Origin: Candidatus Woesearchaeota archaeon
GTDB taxonomy: Archaea > Nanobdellota > Nanobdellia > Woesearchaeales > WJKL01
Length of the DNA stretch: 64,000 nucleotides
NCBI GenBank assembly: GCA_014729675.1
Contig: WJJM01000039.1
Coordinates: forward strand, 1,479-65,478
Direction: 5' to 3'
Below the pieces are notes generated by a model. The model was not told the origin of the DNA. It searched no databases and worked only from the letters and a program-made list of their open reading frames with translations. The translations under genes and the position numbers were made by a program. Positions 1-10,595 of the stretch are shown here, in pieces; position 1 is the first letter of the stretch; the number at the start of each line of letters is the position of its first letter.

Positions 1-1
1 T

Positions 2-946
2 TTAAGGCATCTTGGAGCTCAGGGTCCTACTTATTCAGGGGTAATCAGTTATATAAATGGCCTTAATGCAAACCCTGCTTTTAATGAGTTTGCATCTGAT
101 TGGCATCTTGCATCGCAGACTGAAATGGATTTTCTTATAAATAATTACTCTCTTGATAATATTAGTTCTCATTTTGGTTATGCTAAGTTTCAACAGTCAG
201 GAGGTTCAAGAAAAAGGTGGTATTACGGCAGATATGAAAATGTGCCCTCGTCAGGATATCACAGCAGATGGAGATTTATCAAGGACTATGATGATTCCTA
301 TTATAATATTGGTTTTGATTCAGTTGATGACACTTCAAGAACATGGGATACTGCAGCCTGGATAACAGCAACTTTTAATTCTTATAATGTTACTAAGCCG
401 GCTGGTTCAGGATATGATTTGTATGATTCATATGGAAATTCAATTGTTAATTCCACTTACAAGAAAACTATAATTGCACAGATAGGTGGAGATGTTAAGG
501 TTGAATTTGAGATAAATGCAAGCATAAACTTAAGTGAAGTTTTTGTTGATGCAGATTCTACAAGTACAGTCGTTGCTAATCTTGGAGAGGTAGATGGAGT
601 TACTGGGAACCATACTTTATATGTGCCTGTTGTTGAAGAGATAGGAGTTTATGTATGTCCTGATGCTGAAACATTATCTGAGATAACAACTTCTTGTTCA
701 GGATATGAGCTGTTTGATTATGCTACTGAATGTGATGGAAATACAGCAAAGAATGTTGGAGGAGATAGTGTTATATGCGAGATAGTCTCAGGCAACTATA
801 AATTAAGTGGATTGACTGGATCGGGCGGAGGAGATTATGATCTTCTTGAAGGAGGTTCTGTCCCTGAATTCTCTACAATTGGGATGGTTCTTGCTGTGAT
901 GATTGCAGGAATAGGAATTGTGTTAGTTGTTAAGAAAAGAAAATAA
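2..946 (+). CDS. Secreted surface protein with C-terminal PEF-CTERM-like sorting signal (5-prime partial; frame is open to window start)
   Basis: Frame of ORF 125..946 has no stop back to nt 2. C-terminus GGSVPEFSTIGMVLAVMIAGIGIVLVVKKRK = PEF motif + TM helix + basic tail. Confidence 0.6.
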   Translation, partial: LRHLGAQGPTYSGVISYINGLNANPAFNEFASDWHLASQTEMDFLINNYSLDNISSHFGYAKFQQSGGSRKRWYYGRYENVPSSGYHSRWRFIKDYDDSYYNIGFDSVDDTSRTWDTAAWITATFNSYNVTKPAGSGYDLYDSYGNSIVNSTYKKTIIAQIGGDVKVEFEINASINLSEVFVDADSTSTVVANLGEVDGVTGNHTLYVPVVEEIGVYVCPDAETLSEITTSCSGYELFDYATECDGNTAKNVGGDSVICEIVSGNYKLSGLTGSGGGDYDLLEGGSVPEFSTIGMVLAVMIAGIGIVLVVKKRK

Positions 947-1001
947 ACAACAGAAACATTTTTAAATAATTTTGTTTTTATATTTGAAATAGAGGTTTTT
1001 T

Positions 1002-4000
1002 ATGAAAGAGGGGTCAGATAGAAAAAACAGACTATTAAAGGCATTGCCTTTGGTCATAACTATCATCTTGATGGTTGTCTTGTTCTTTAGCTTAAGCAAT
1101 CTTCTTGGATCTTCTATAGATGTTAAGGATGAAGATGGAAATATAGTTGGAAAGTTTATCGTAGAAGAGAGAGAAGATGGAAAGTATGATCTTAGCCTTG
1201 AAAGTTCAGGTTATTCAGTGGGATCCTCTTCAGAAGAGATTGTCAGCAGTGTAGAAATAAAAGGTTCAGAAACTGATTCTATAAATTCAAGATTGGGCTA
1301 TGTTGATGACAATATGATAAACACTCAAGTTTTTGCAGTTGAAAATGCAAATGTTGAATCTGCAGAGATAACTGTTGAAAAGTTTGGAGATGTTAAACAT
1401 ATATACAAATGCGTTGATTTTGACATCGATAATTTTAGATGCAATGATTGGGAAAAAACAGATATTCCTTTCATCGATAATGGAGAGAGTATAACTTTTA
1501 CTGTAGATGGTTTTTCTGGATATGGTGGAGGAGCTGATATCTTTATCGGATGGGACAAGAAGATAGACTATGTTGGTGAGCATGACAGAGCTTATGATGT
1601 TGTTGTAGATAGTAATGATGATGTATATGTGGTTGGCAGATTGAGTCAAAATCAAACATTTAACTATGATCAGGACTGGTGGATAAAGAAATATAACAGG
1701 ACTGGTTATGAGTTATGGGAGAAAATATATAATAGAAATGGTGGTGATGAAGCTATAGCTGCTGCTTTGGACTCTGATGATAATATCTATATTGCAGGGA
1801 CTGCAGAAAATATAGTTAATGTTTCAAGCGGTGTTGATTGGTGGATAAAGAAACTGGACAGTTCAGGAAATGAGATTATAGTGGGATGGAATAAATCTTT
1901 CAGCGGAGATAGTTTGCTTGGGAATGATTATCTTCATGATATTGCAGTGGATTCTGAAGATAATGTTTATGTCGCAGGATATGGGATTGATCTTATCAGT
2001 GGAGGATCAAATTATGATCCCTGGTTAATGAAATTTAATTCTTCAGGTCATAAAGAATGGGAAAAAATATATAACTTTGGTTCTCCTGCAGAGTTTCAGG
2101 ATATTGGGCTGGATTCTGAGGATAATGTCTATGTAGTGGGTAGCACTTCAGCATCACCTCTAGAAAAAGGATGGCTTATAATGAAATTCAGCCCTTCTGG
2201 AAATGGATATTGGAATAAGACCCTTGATCTTTCACAATACGGCTCTGGCGCTTATGCAGTTGCATTAGATGATGAAGATAATATTTATGTGGGTGGCTTT
2301 GCTACCAATTATGTATCTGAAATTCCTACTAGCTCGGCAGATGTGGTGATAAAGAAATTCAATTCAAGCGGAATTGAAGATCCAAATTTGAACTTGAGTT
2401 TTGATTATAACTGGCAAGCTGATATCATCAGATCGATGATTATAGAAAATGGATCTCTTTATACTGCAATACAAGCTGGACAATCTTCTGGAGATTCTAT
2501 GTGGGGCATAAAAAAATTCAATCTTTCAGGTGATGAAGATCCTAATTGGAATATGACATTTATCAGTGAAGCTATCACTAGCACATATAGCCATGCTATC
2601 CTTTTTGGAATAGATTCTGATAGTTTTAATGATATATATGTGGCTGGATTTGGGACTGATCTTGTAGATGATGATAGCGGTAATGATTGGTGGATAAAGA
2701 AATTTTCAGGGAATTTAACACAAGCAGAGTATAATGAATCACTCTTAAAAGATGTTATAATCGAGCTTGTTGAGCCTTCTTCAAACTCAGAAGTTGAAAA
2801 AAATAAATTCTTTGATTTTACTGTAAATGTTACATGCACAGATGATGAAGATTGTGGTCTGCTTAATGTAAGCCTTGATCCGGTATCATGGTGGGATGGT
2901 GATTGGAGATATAGAAATACTATAACAATCCCAAGTGGAAAGGTAAGTTCTGATCTTGAAGATTTTCCTATGCTTGTGAAGTTTGATTCAGATGATATTG
3001 ACTTTACAGATGCAAAATCAGGAGGAGAGGATATAAGATTTTTAGATTCTGATGAGAATCTTCTTTCATATGAGATAGAAAGATGGGACAGTTCAGAGCA
3101 GAAAGCTGAAGTTTGGGTTAAAGTTCCTGTTATTAGTTCAACTGAATCTACTGTATTGTATCTGTATTACGGCAATGATGATGCTTCAGATGCTCAGGAT
3201 CCTGATGATGTATGGGATGATAATTTTAATGGTGTTTGGCACTTAACAGAGAATGTTTCTGGAACTGGTGATACTGGAGTATATATTGATTCAACAGACA
3301 ACAACAATGACGGAACAGATTATGTTTCTTCTGATTCTAAAATCGGAAAAATACAAGGAGGACAGGGATTTGATGGGGATGATTATATAGATGTCCCTGA
3401 TGATTCTAGTTTGGACAATTCAGTGTATACTATAACTGCATGGATCAATATGAGCAGTGGAGGATATCAACTTGATGGAATATTTGCCGCACAGACCTAT
3501 GATTATATTATTGCAGGGGGAAATGGAGATTTTGAAGCTATAAGGGGTAATAAATATTTTAAAGATGTGGGAACTAATCTAGATGATGGCCAATGGCATC
3601 ATGTTGTGTATAAATATGATGGTGTGGATGATCTTTTCTTTATAGACGGCATATCTGAAACTCCAGGAGCAACAGGTTCAGCATCTTATACTGATATGAT
3701 AGCAATTGGAAGAAGCAAATGGGGTTATTTTGATGGAGATATAGATGAAGTCAGGGTTTCTAATTTTGCAAGAAGTGATGCATGGATTATAGCTGAATTT
3801 GATAATACTAATGATCCTTCAGATTTTTATAATTTAGGAGAAAAGGAAATTGGATCAAAATCAGGATTAATATCTACTGAAATAGGAGAAACTCCATTTT
3901 ATACAACAACAGACAACCCATATCAGGTTGATCTTGATTCAGGCGAGTCTCAGCTTGTAACCTGGGAAGTTAATGCTACAGGATTATACAGCATAGTACA

Positions 4001-6974
4001 TGAGTTTTTCGCTTATGCATCTTTAGATGATAATTTATATATATTGAATGAGAGTGAGAGGATAAATATAACCATAACAGACCAAGAAGATCCATCTGTT
4101 GAGCTTGAATCTCCTGCAGATGAAAAGGTTCTTACAGTAACTTTTGAAACATTTGTATGCAATGTTTCAGACAATTATGGCCTTTCAAATATCACTCTAA
4201 TGGTATGGGATTCTGAAGGTAATGTTGAATATTCATATAGTAAAGAATCAGCAGGTTCAGAAGATAATCTTGAGAAACAATATGTTTTCAGTTCTTCAGA
4301 GGATTACGATTGGAACTGTATAGCTTATGATAGTTTTGGCAACAGAGGAATTGCAGGTTCAAACAATTCACTGAATGTACAGATACCTTCTTTAAATATT
4401 CAGCTTGTAGATCCTGATTCAAATGTGAGCTGGACACAAAATAAATTTGGAAATTTTACTGTGAATTTTTCATGCAATGATTATGATTGCGGAGAGGTTA
4501 ATGTAACCTTAGATCCTTTGGCTGAATGGAGCAATTCGAAACTTGTAAAGATAGACAATGCAGGCAATACTGAACTGATAAATAATAGTGTAAAGATAAT
4601 TTTTGATACACAGAGTGAGATAGCAGAAGGAGATATGCAAGATGATTGTGATGATATAAGATTTATGGATACAGATGATTCAACTGCCTTAGATTATTGG
4701 CTTGATTCTGATACATGTGATACAGAAGAAACAGAGATATGGGTCAAGATACCATCTATAGATTCTAACAGCATAAAGTACATCTATCTTTATATGGGCA
4801 ATGAAAGCGCTGAACAGGGATCAGATGCTAAAGGTGTTTTTCCTAATCAAAATATAAACCATCCTGACTTAAGCGGATATACTGATGTCATATATGTCGA
4901 TGCTGAACTTGGAAATGATATTTCAGGAGATGGAAGCTTAGACAATCCTTATCAGACATTGAGAGAAGCGGCAGATTATGATGATCCAGATGATGCTATT
5001 TATCTTATGCCTGGAACTTATGAAGAAAGAGGGGGTGGCCCTACATTAGATGGGGATCTTATAGGTGCTTTAGGTGGAAAGGTGATTATCAATGCAGGTG
5101 TTTATGGAAATACATGGAGAAGAGCAATATGGCTTACAAACAATGAGCATAATTTCTATAATATCATCTTTGAGCATTATAATGGATCAGACGGATCAAA
5201 CTATTATTTTGGAGATGTGGGTTCTGACAGCATATATTTTTACAACTGTGTTTTCAGCAATGCGGTCTATGATGGGCTTTATCAAGACAGTTATTTCAGG
5301 AATATAGATTATGTGTACTTAAACAATTCATTTGAGAATACGTATCTTAAGTCATTGGGGCAGGCAGAGGTAAAAATATCATTGAATTCAGTAATGAATG
5401 ACTCTGAGTCCTTTACACTTCAGACTACAAGCCTTTATGCAAATGAAACCTCCTATGATTCAGAGTGGCAATTGACATCAGGAGAGTGGGAAAATGAAGG
5501 GACAGGTACAAATCCTGATGGAACTAAGGCCAATATAGGAGTATATGGAGGGGAATATGCATGGGGTTATTGGGGTCCTGCAACTTCTGTAAATGAGAAA
5601 GGCAGAGTTTCAACTATAGTTGGAGATATTCCTTTTTATACAATAACTGACAATCCTTATATAACTGATCTTGATGCAGGTGAATCTCAGATTATAACAT
5701 GGCAAGTAAATGCTACAGGACCTATAGATAATACTTATCTTTTCTTTGTCCATGCAAACTCAACAAGTGACAGCACTATAAATTACAGGACTGAAGATAT
5801 CTATATAACTATAACAGATGAAGGATGCACTGATTCAGATTCAGATGGTTATGATGCTTGTGATCTGAACGGAAATCCGATAGCTGGATGTGATAATCCC
5901 TGTGATTGCAATGATACAGAATTAAATATCAATCCTGGAGAAGAACAGTGCGGGAACTGCATAGATGATGATGCAGATACATATATTGATTATCCTGCTG
6001 ATACAGATTGTTCAAGTTTGGATGATACAACTGAAGATGATGGAGCAGGAGGGAATGAACCTGTATGGGCTGACATATCAGTTGTTGTAACTGATGAAGA
6101 CCTTACAGACACAACGACTACGCTTTCAGATTATATTGTTTCAGGCTGCGATCTTGGCTGCACTTATACTGTTCAGTCAGATTCTGCAGGCATAACTGCA
6201 GATGTAATAAACGGAAATACATTAAGAGTAGTTCCTGATGGAAATTACAGGGGTTATGGAAATGTAACTGTAAGAGCTGCAAATCTTGAAGGGCATTCAG
6301 ATGAATATATTGATGTTAAAGTGTTATCTATACCTGACTTTGGAACAGATATACAGTTGGATGAAAACTATTTTAACGGAGAGAATACCACTGATATTAG
6401 TGCTCTTACAGATATTGTTGGAGGATATCAAAATGAATCTGATCCTCTTCATGCATACTCTAATTCAGTATATTTCTTCTCATTAGAAAGAACACTCATA
6501 GGAAAGGTTACATTTGAAGGATATTTCCCTTTTGTATGGGATCTTCTGCTTTCAGCGTCAAATGTTGTTATAGAGGAAGGATACATCTCTGTTGACTCTG
6601 ACTCTATATTCAAAAAAGTAAGCTACTGGATACATCATCCAATGGCAAAAGTTGAACTTTACAATATAGATCCTGCAGAATATGTGACTGATGGAGAAGG
6701 AGTTCCGATAGTTTATAGGGATGAAGATTTCCATCTTGCAGATGAGGACAGAACAGGCTGGCCTGAATGTGGATCAAATTGTGAGCCAGTTACATGGAAC
6801 AGTACAACCGGAACACTTACCTTTTATGTAGATGAGTTCTCATCACATACTCTTGATAAGTCTAATGGACAAGATCCTCCAGGAGGAGTTCCTGAGTTTT
6901 CTGCAATAGGTATGATCATCGCTATGATTCTAATGGGGATAGGCATGACCATAATTATACATAAGAAGAAATGA
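1002..6974 (+). CDS. Giant (1990 aa) secreted multidomain surface protein with PEF-CTERM anchor; beta-propeller WWIKK repeats, two DUF2341-like jellyroll modules, LamG-like lectin domain, beta-helix-like segment, Cys-rich module
   Basis: AGAGG SD 7 nt before ATG; N-terminal TM/signal LLKALPLVITIILMVVLFF; about 8 repeats of the D..D.VYV.G...(D)WWIKK motif; IRF.D.....L.YEIE.WD....A.VWVKVP......IYLYYGN twice; LamG-like WHHVVYKYDGV; C-terminal GGVPEFSAIGMIIAMILMGIGMTIIIHKKK. Confidence 0.7.
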   Translation: MKEGSDRKNRLLKALPLVITIILMVVLFFSLSNLLGSSIDVKDEDGNIVGKFIVEEREDGKYDLSLESSGYSVGSSSEEIVSSVEIKGSETDSINSRLGYVDDNMINTQVFAVENANVESAEITVEKFGDVKHIYKCVDFDIDNFRCNDWEKTDIPFIDNGESITFTVDGFSGYGGGADIFIGWDKKIDYVGEHDRAYDVVVDSNDDVYVVGRLSQNQTFNYDQDWWIKKYNRTGYELWEKIYNRNGGDEAIAAALDSDDNIYIAGTAENIVNVSSGVDWWIKKLDSSGNEIIVGWNKSFSGDSLLGNDYLHDIAVDSEDNVYVAGYGIDLISGGSNYDPWLMKFNSSGHKEWEKIYNFGSPAEFQDIGLDSEDNVYVVGSTSASPLEKGWLIMKFSPSGNGYWNKTLDLSQYGSGAYAVALDDEDNIYVGGFATNYVSEIPTSSADVVIKKFNSSGIEDPNLNLSFDYNWQADIIRSMIIENGSLYTAIQAGQSSGDSMWGIKKFNLSGDEDPNWNMTFISEAITSTYSHAILFGIDSDSFNDIYVAGFGTDLVDDDSGNDWWIKKFSGNLTQAEYNESLLKDVIIELVEPSSNSEVEKNKFFDFTVNVTCTDDEDCGLLNVSLDPVSWWDGDWRYRNTITIPSGKVSSDLEDFPMLVKFDSDDIDFTDAKSGGEDIRFLDSDENLLSYEIERWDSSEQKAEVWVKVPVISSTESTVLYLYYGNDDASDAQDPDDVWDDNFNGVWHLTENVSGTGDTGVYIDSTDNNNDGTDYVSSDSKIGKIQGGQGFDGDDYIDVPDDSSLDNSVYTITAWINMSSGGYQLDGIFAAQTYDYIIAGGNGDFEAIRGNKYFKDVGTNLDDGQWHHVVYKYDGVDDLFFIDGISETPGATGSASYTDMIAIGRSKWGYFDGDIDEVRVSNFARSDAWIIAEFDNTNDPSDFYNLGEKEIGSKSGLISTEIGETPFYTTTDNPYQVDLDSGESQLVTWEVNATGLYSIVHEFFAYASLDDNLYILNESERINITITDQEDPSVELESPADEKVLTVTFETFVCNVSDNYGLSNITLMVWDSEGNVEYSYSKESAGSEDNLEKQYVFSSSEDYDWNCIAYDSFGNRGIAGSNNSLNVQIPSLNIQLVDPDSNVSWTQNKFGNFTVNFSCNDYDCGEVNVTLDPLAEWSNSKLVKIDNAGNTELINNSVKIIFDTQSEIAEGDMQDDCDDIRFMDTDDSTALDYWLDSDTCDTEETEIWVKIPSIDSNSIKYIYLYMGNESAEQGSDAKGVFPNQNINHPDLSGYTDVIYVDAELGNDISGDGSLDNPYQTLREAADYDDPDDAIYLMPGTYEERGGGPTLDGDLIGALGGKVIINAGVYGNTWRRAIWLTNNEHNFYNIIFEHYNGSDGSNYYFGDVGSDSIYFYNCVFSNAVYDGLYQDSYFRNIDYVYLNNSFENTYLKSLGQAEVKISLNSVMNDSESFTLQTTSLYANETSYDSEWQLTSGEWENEGTGTNPDGTKANIGVYGGEYAWGYWGPATSVNEKGRVSTIVGDIPFYTITDNPYITDLDAGESQIITWQVNATGPIDNTYLFFVHANSTSDSTINYRTEDIYITITDEGCTDSDSDGYDACDLNGNPIAGCDNPCDCNDTELNINPGEEQCGNCIDDDADTYIDYPADTDCSSLDDTTEDDGAGGNEPVWADISVVVTDEDLTDTTTTLSDYIVSGCDLGCTYTVQSDSAGITADVINGNTLRVVPDGNYRGYGNVTVRAANLEGHSDEYIDVKVLSIPDFGTDIQLDENYFNGENTTDISALTDIVGGYQNESDPLHAYSNSVYFFSLERTLIGKVTFEGYFPFVWDLLLSASNVVIEEGYISVDSDSIFKKVSYWIHHPMAKVELYNIDPAEYVTDGEGVPIVYRDEDFHLADEDRTGWPECGSNCEPVTWNSTTGTLTFYVDEFSSHTLDKSNGQDPPGGVPEFSAIGMIIAMILMGIGMTIIIHKKK

Positions 6975-6979
6975 TTATC

Positions 6980-8035
6980 TTATTTATTCTTTTTTGAAGG
7001 TTTCTTTTTCATCCATCTTTTGAACAATGACAAGATGATGAAGAATGTTACAGCAAACCATATTATCCTTGCATTAGAGTGGAAAAGCTGTATGCCCAAT
7101 CCTGGGAAAAATATCCATACAAGGAAAAATAAAAATACCCTCATAGAGTCAAGCAAAAAATGAAGTAAAAATCCCATAAAAAAACCAAGAGCATATCTTA
7201 TCCTGTTAAGCTCCTTATAATTTACAACTCCATACAATAGCCAAAAGAAGATAAATGAGTAAAACATAACTTTTCCACTGCATCCAAGACTGTGATTTAC
7301 TGCTTGAGTCTTGTATCTTAGAGTGAACCCTAGATATTCAACAGTCATAGTCATCGAAGTGAATATTTTGCTTAGAAAAAAAGCTCCTAATTTTGCAGAA
7401 TGTACAGCAAGAAGAGCAAAGTAATAGCTGATTGTATGCATTATAGTCCCTTCTGATCTCACATGTTCAAAATAGTTGATAAATAAAAAAACATAGGAAG
7501 ATGCAAGTGCAAGAGATATAAGGATCTCTTTATACAGTTTTTTTGCAAGTTTCTTTATATCCTGTATAGAAAAGAGCAACAATACAGCAGATGATACATA
7601 GATGAATCCTGCCAAGTGCCAAAGCAAACTTGCCAATATCAGATTTTCCTGGGCAAAGGTTGTTGATTTTCCCAAAAATATCGTAAACCAAAATATAAAT
7701 GCATACGAGATTGCATGAAAAGGAATATATCTAAGATTGATCACATCTTTTTCCGATCTGAAATTTTTGATCTTTTTAAATCCTATCAGTATGAATATTA
7801 GCGGAAGATAAAAAAGAAAATCCTGGGTCAATGATCCTCTTATCAAAGGAGAAGCCTGATAAACAAGGGCAAATCCGCCCCTATTTGCAGTATCTACTCG
7901 AACTCCAAGAAAAAAAGCTTCTAATAGTGTAAGAATAATAAAAAATGTAATTTTTGAAAGGAGCAGATTATCTTTAATCTTTGCATATATTTTGTCTTTA
8001 AAAGAGATAATCTCTTTTGGCGCATATCTTTTCAA
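6980..8035 (-). CDS. Polytopic membrane protein, candidate archaeosortase (exosortase/archaeosortase family) for the PEF-CTERM substrates
   Basis: 8 or more predicted TM helices; CSG motif (NHSLGCSGKV) and a downstream Arg (DSMRVF) spaced like the Cys/Arg active-site pair of exosortase-family transpeptidases; convergent with and 6 nt from the giant PEF-CTERM gene. Confidence 0.4.
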   Translation of the reverse strand: MKRYAPKEIISFKDKIYAKIKDNLLLSKITFFIILTLLEAFFLGVRVDTANRGGFALVYQASPLIRGSLTQDFLFYLPLIFILIGFKKIKNFRSEKDVINLRYIPFHAISYAFIFWFTIFLGKSTTFAQENLILASLLWHLAGFIYVSSAVLLLFSIQDIKKLAKKLYKEILISLALASSYVFLFINYFEHVRSEGTIMHTISYYFALLAVHSAKLGAFFLSKIFTSMTMTVEYLGFTLRYKTQAVNHSLGCSGKVMFYSFIFFWLLYGVVNYKELNRIRYALGFFMGFLLHFLLDSMRVFLFFLVWIFFPGLGIQLFHSNARIIWFAVTFFIILSLFKRWMKKKPSKKNK

Positions 8036-8101
8036 TTTAACATCCTCTTTTTGATTGATTATATCTTGTCATGTATATAAAACTTTCTTCCTGATCCATA
8101 C

Positions 8102-8317
8102 TTGTGCAAAAAGTTTATATATGTTAAGTTCTATTTTGATGTTATGGACAGAGTAATAAGCTTTGCTGCAGGGGGATGTTTCTTAGGTACATTGATAGCT
8201 TTTTATCTTAATAATTATCAGGCAAATCCTTTTCTTCTGTTTCTGCTGCCTATGTGGGGAATGGTTTTAGGGATATCTTTGGCAAGAGCTATGAAGCCAA
8301 AAAAAGTTGTCAAATGA
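8102..8317 (+). CDS. Small membrane protein (two TM helices), hypothetical
   Basis: ORF only; hydrophobic segments; no recognisable motif. Confidence 0.25.
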   Translation: MCKKFIYVKFYFDVMDRVISFAAGGCFLGTLIAFYLNNYQANPFLLFLLPMWGMVLGISLARAMKPKKVVK

Positions 8318-8352
8318 AAAACTTTAAAAACTAATTCTTAATAACAAAACTT

Positions 8353-10113
8353 ATGGAAGCAAAAGAGCTTGTAAAGAAATATCTGGAATTTTTCAAGAGC
8401 AAAGAGCATGCAATGATAGAGTCAGCTTCACTGATCCCAGAGCATGATCCTACTGTTCTTTTTACAACTGCAGGGATGCATCCTTTAGTGCCTTTCCTGA
8501 TGGGAGAGCCTCATCCTTTGGGAAAACGACTGACTGATGTGCAAAAATGCATAAGGACAGGAGATATAGATGAAGTAGGGGATGCTTCTCATCTTACTTT
8601 TTTTGAGATGCTTGGAAACTGGAGCTTGGGGGATTATTTCAAGAAAGAAGCTATTGAGTGGAGTTTTGAGTTTCTGACAGAAGTTCTTGGATTTGATGCT
8701 GAAAAATTAAGTGTTACATGCTTTGCAGGAGATGATGATGCTCCAAGGGATGACGAATCTGCAAAGATATGGAAATCATTAGGGATTCCTGAAGACAGGA
8801 TATATTTTTTGCCTAAGGAAGATAATTGGTGGGGGCCTGCAGGAGAAACAGGGCCTTGCGGACCTGACACTGAGATGTTCATCGATACAGGCAAAGAAAA
8901 GTGCAGCCCAGAGTGCAGGCCTGGATGCGGCTGCGGAAAGTATTTTGAAGTTTGGAATGATGTTTTTATGCAGTATAATAAGACAAAAGAGGGCAAATAT
9001 GAACAGCTTAAGCAGAAGAATGTTGATACAGGCATGGGTGTAGAAAGGACTATAGCAATGATGCAGGGAAAAGAGACAGTATATGGGACCGGGCTTTTCA
9101 AGCCCATGATAGATCAGCTGAAAAAGCTTGCAGGTATTGAGAATTTTATCCAGGACCAGACAAAAAGCGTAAGAGTGATATGCGATCATATGCGAGCAGC
9201 TACGTTTATCCTTGGGGATGAAAGAGGAGCTGCTCCTTCAAATGTTGACCAGGGCTATATCTTAAGAAGATTTATCAGAAGAGCGATAAGGCATGGAAAA
9301 CTTTTAGGGATAGAAGGGGATCTGTGCAGGCCTTTGGCAAAGATAGTCATTAACCTGTATAAGGAAAGATATCCTGAGCTTGATAAGAAGACAGAATTTA
9401 TAATGGACGAGTTCCTGAAAGAAGAAAAAAAATTCAGGGAAACTTTAGAGAAAGGGTTGAAGGAATTTGGAAAGATCGCAGACAAAGACATAAGCGGAGA
9501 GGATGCTTTTTTGCTTTTCCAGTCTTATGGTTTTCCTCTTGAGATTACAAAAGAACTAGCCAATGAGAAAGGGATAAAGGTTGACGAAGAAGGATTTGAC
9601 AAAGAGTTTAAGAAGCATCAGGAATTAAGCAGAAAAGGAGCTGAGCAGAGATTCAAAGGAGGATTGTCTGAAGCTTCAGACATGACTGCAAAACTGCATA
9701 CAGCAACCCATCTTCTTGGAGAGGCTTTAAGAAAAGTTCTTGGAGATCCTGATATAAAACAGAAGGGAAGCAATATAACACCTGAAAGGCTTCGTTATGA
9801 TTTTAACTTTGATAGAAAGCTGACTGATGAGGAGAAGAAAGCAGTCGAGGATGAGGTCAACAAGCAGATAGAAGCTGGACTGGATGTCAGGAAAGAAGAG
9901 ATGAAGCTGCAGGATGCGCTGGATGCAGGAGCTCAGTCTGAGTTCGGAGCAAAATATCCTGAGAAGGTATGGGTCTACAGTGTTGGAGATTATTCCAAAG
10001 AGATATGCATGGGACCTCATGTTTCAAACACTTCTGAACTTGGTCATTTCAGGATAAAGAAAGAAGAATCAAGTTCTGCAGGTGTTAGGAGAATCAAAGC
10101 TGTTCTGGAATAG
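8353..10113 (+). CDS. alaS: Alanyl-tRNA synthetase, unusually short form (586 aa) with catalytic core and editing domain, no C-Ala domain
   Basis: N-terminal PTVLFTTAGM...RTGDIDEVGD..HLTFFEMLGNWSLGDYFK class-II AlaRS core; editing-domain His/Cys signature HTATHLL...CMGPHV near C-terminus. Confidence 0.8.
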   Translation: MEAKELVKKYLEFFKSKEHAMIESASLIPEHDPTVLFTTAGMHPLVPFLMGEPHPLGKRLTDVQKCIRTGDIDEVGDASHLTFFEMLGNWSLGDYFKKEAIEWSFEFLTEVLGFDAEKLSVTCFAGDDDAPRDDESAKIWKSLGIPEDRIYFLPKEDNWWGPAGETGPCGPDTEMFIDTGKEKCSPECRPGCGCGKYFEVWNDVFMQYNKTKEGKYEQLKQKNVDTGMGVERTIAMMQGKETVYGTGLFKPMIDQLKKLAGIENFIQDQTKSVRVICDHMRAATFILGDERGAAPSNVDQGYILRRFIRRAIRHGKLLGIEGDLCRPLAKIVINLYKERYPELDKKTEFIMDEFLKEEKKFRETLEKGLKEFGKIADKDISGEDAFLLFQSYGFPLEITKELANEKGIKVDEEGFDKEFKKHQELSRKGAEQRFKGGLSEASDMTAKLHTATHLLGEALRKVLGDPDIKQKGSNITPERLRYDFNFDRKLTDEEKKAVEDEVNKQIEAGLDVRKEEMKLQDALDAGAQSEFGAKYPEKVWVYSVGDYSKEICMGPHVSNTSELGHFRIKKEESSSAGVRRIKAVLE

Positions 10114-10158
10114 GTTTTGTATTTTCTGAGATTTATCTATTTAAAAAACAATAACCTC

Positions 10159-10352
10159 TAGGTCAACAAGTTGCCCTGCGATAATTATTCAAAAATAATA
10201 ATAATCCATAACGCTCGCTTTGCTCGATACTATAGCGCTGAGACAGAGGCGTTGAGTTCTGGCTTCGCTTAAGCGAATTGAGCACTCAGATTGGCTCGTA
10301 CTGAGACTGTGCACGAACAGCGAAGCTGTGAGTGCCATAGGTGGGATTGATT
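10159..10352 (+). repeat. Copy A of dispersed GC-rich structured element family (taggtcaaca...gataacgctcgctttgctcg...gagacagaggcgttgagttctgg...gagactgtgcacga...gtgagtgccata.gtgggattga)
   Basis: Conserved blocks shared with copies at 18070, 52965, 61990 and 41285(-); TATA-like tttaaaaaa about 12 nt upstream; internal hairpin ACAGCgaaGCTGT; intergenic after alaS. Confidence 0.6.
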
Positions 10353-10595
10353 TGTATTTTGATTAAGGAATATTTTCTAATAAAGTTATTTGCCATGGAT
10401 TGAGATCTTTAAAATCCTGATCGCAAGGCAGGCTTTAAAAAATATATCCAATCTGGCTTAGGGATAGGATCAATAATCTTTAATCTTTTATCAAGAAAAT
10501 CATGAACTAAGTTATTAAAATTTAAATATATCTTATTATCTTTATCTTTGCATCAAAACTAAATATTTTTAAAGCTGAGTGTTTTGCTTTTTATC

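Noticed and set aside
1287-9491. Numerous 60-160-aa antisense or alternate-frame ORFs inside the giant surface-protein gene and alaS (for example 1287-1655, 2459-2839, 8634-9107, 8779-9189)
   Set aside because: They are fully embedded in long, well-supported genes on the opposite strand or frame and show low-complexity composition. Typical shadow ORFs of an AT-rich genome.
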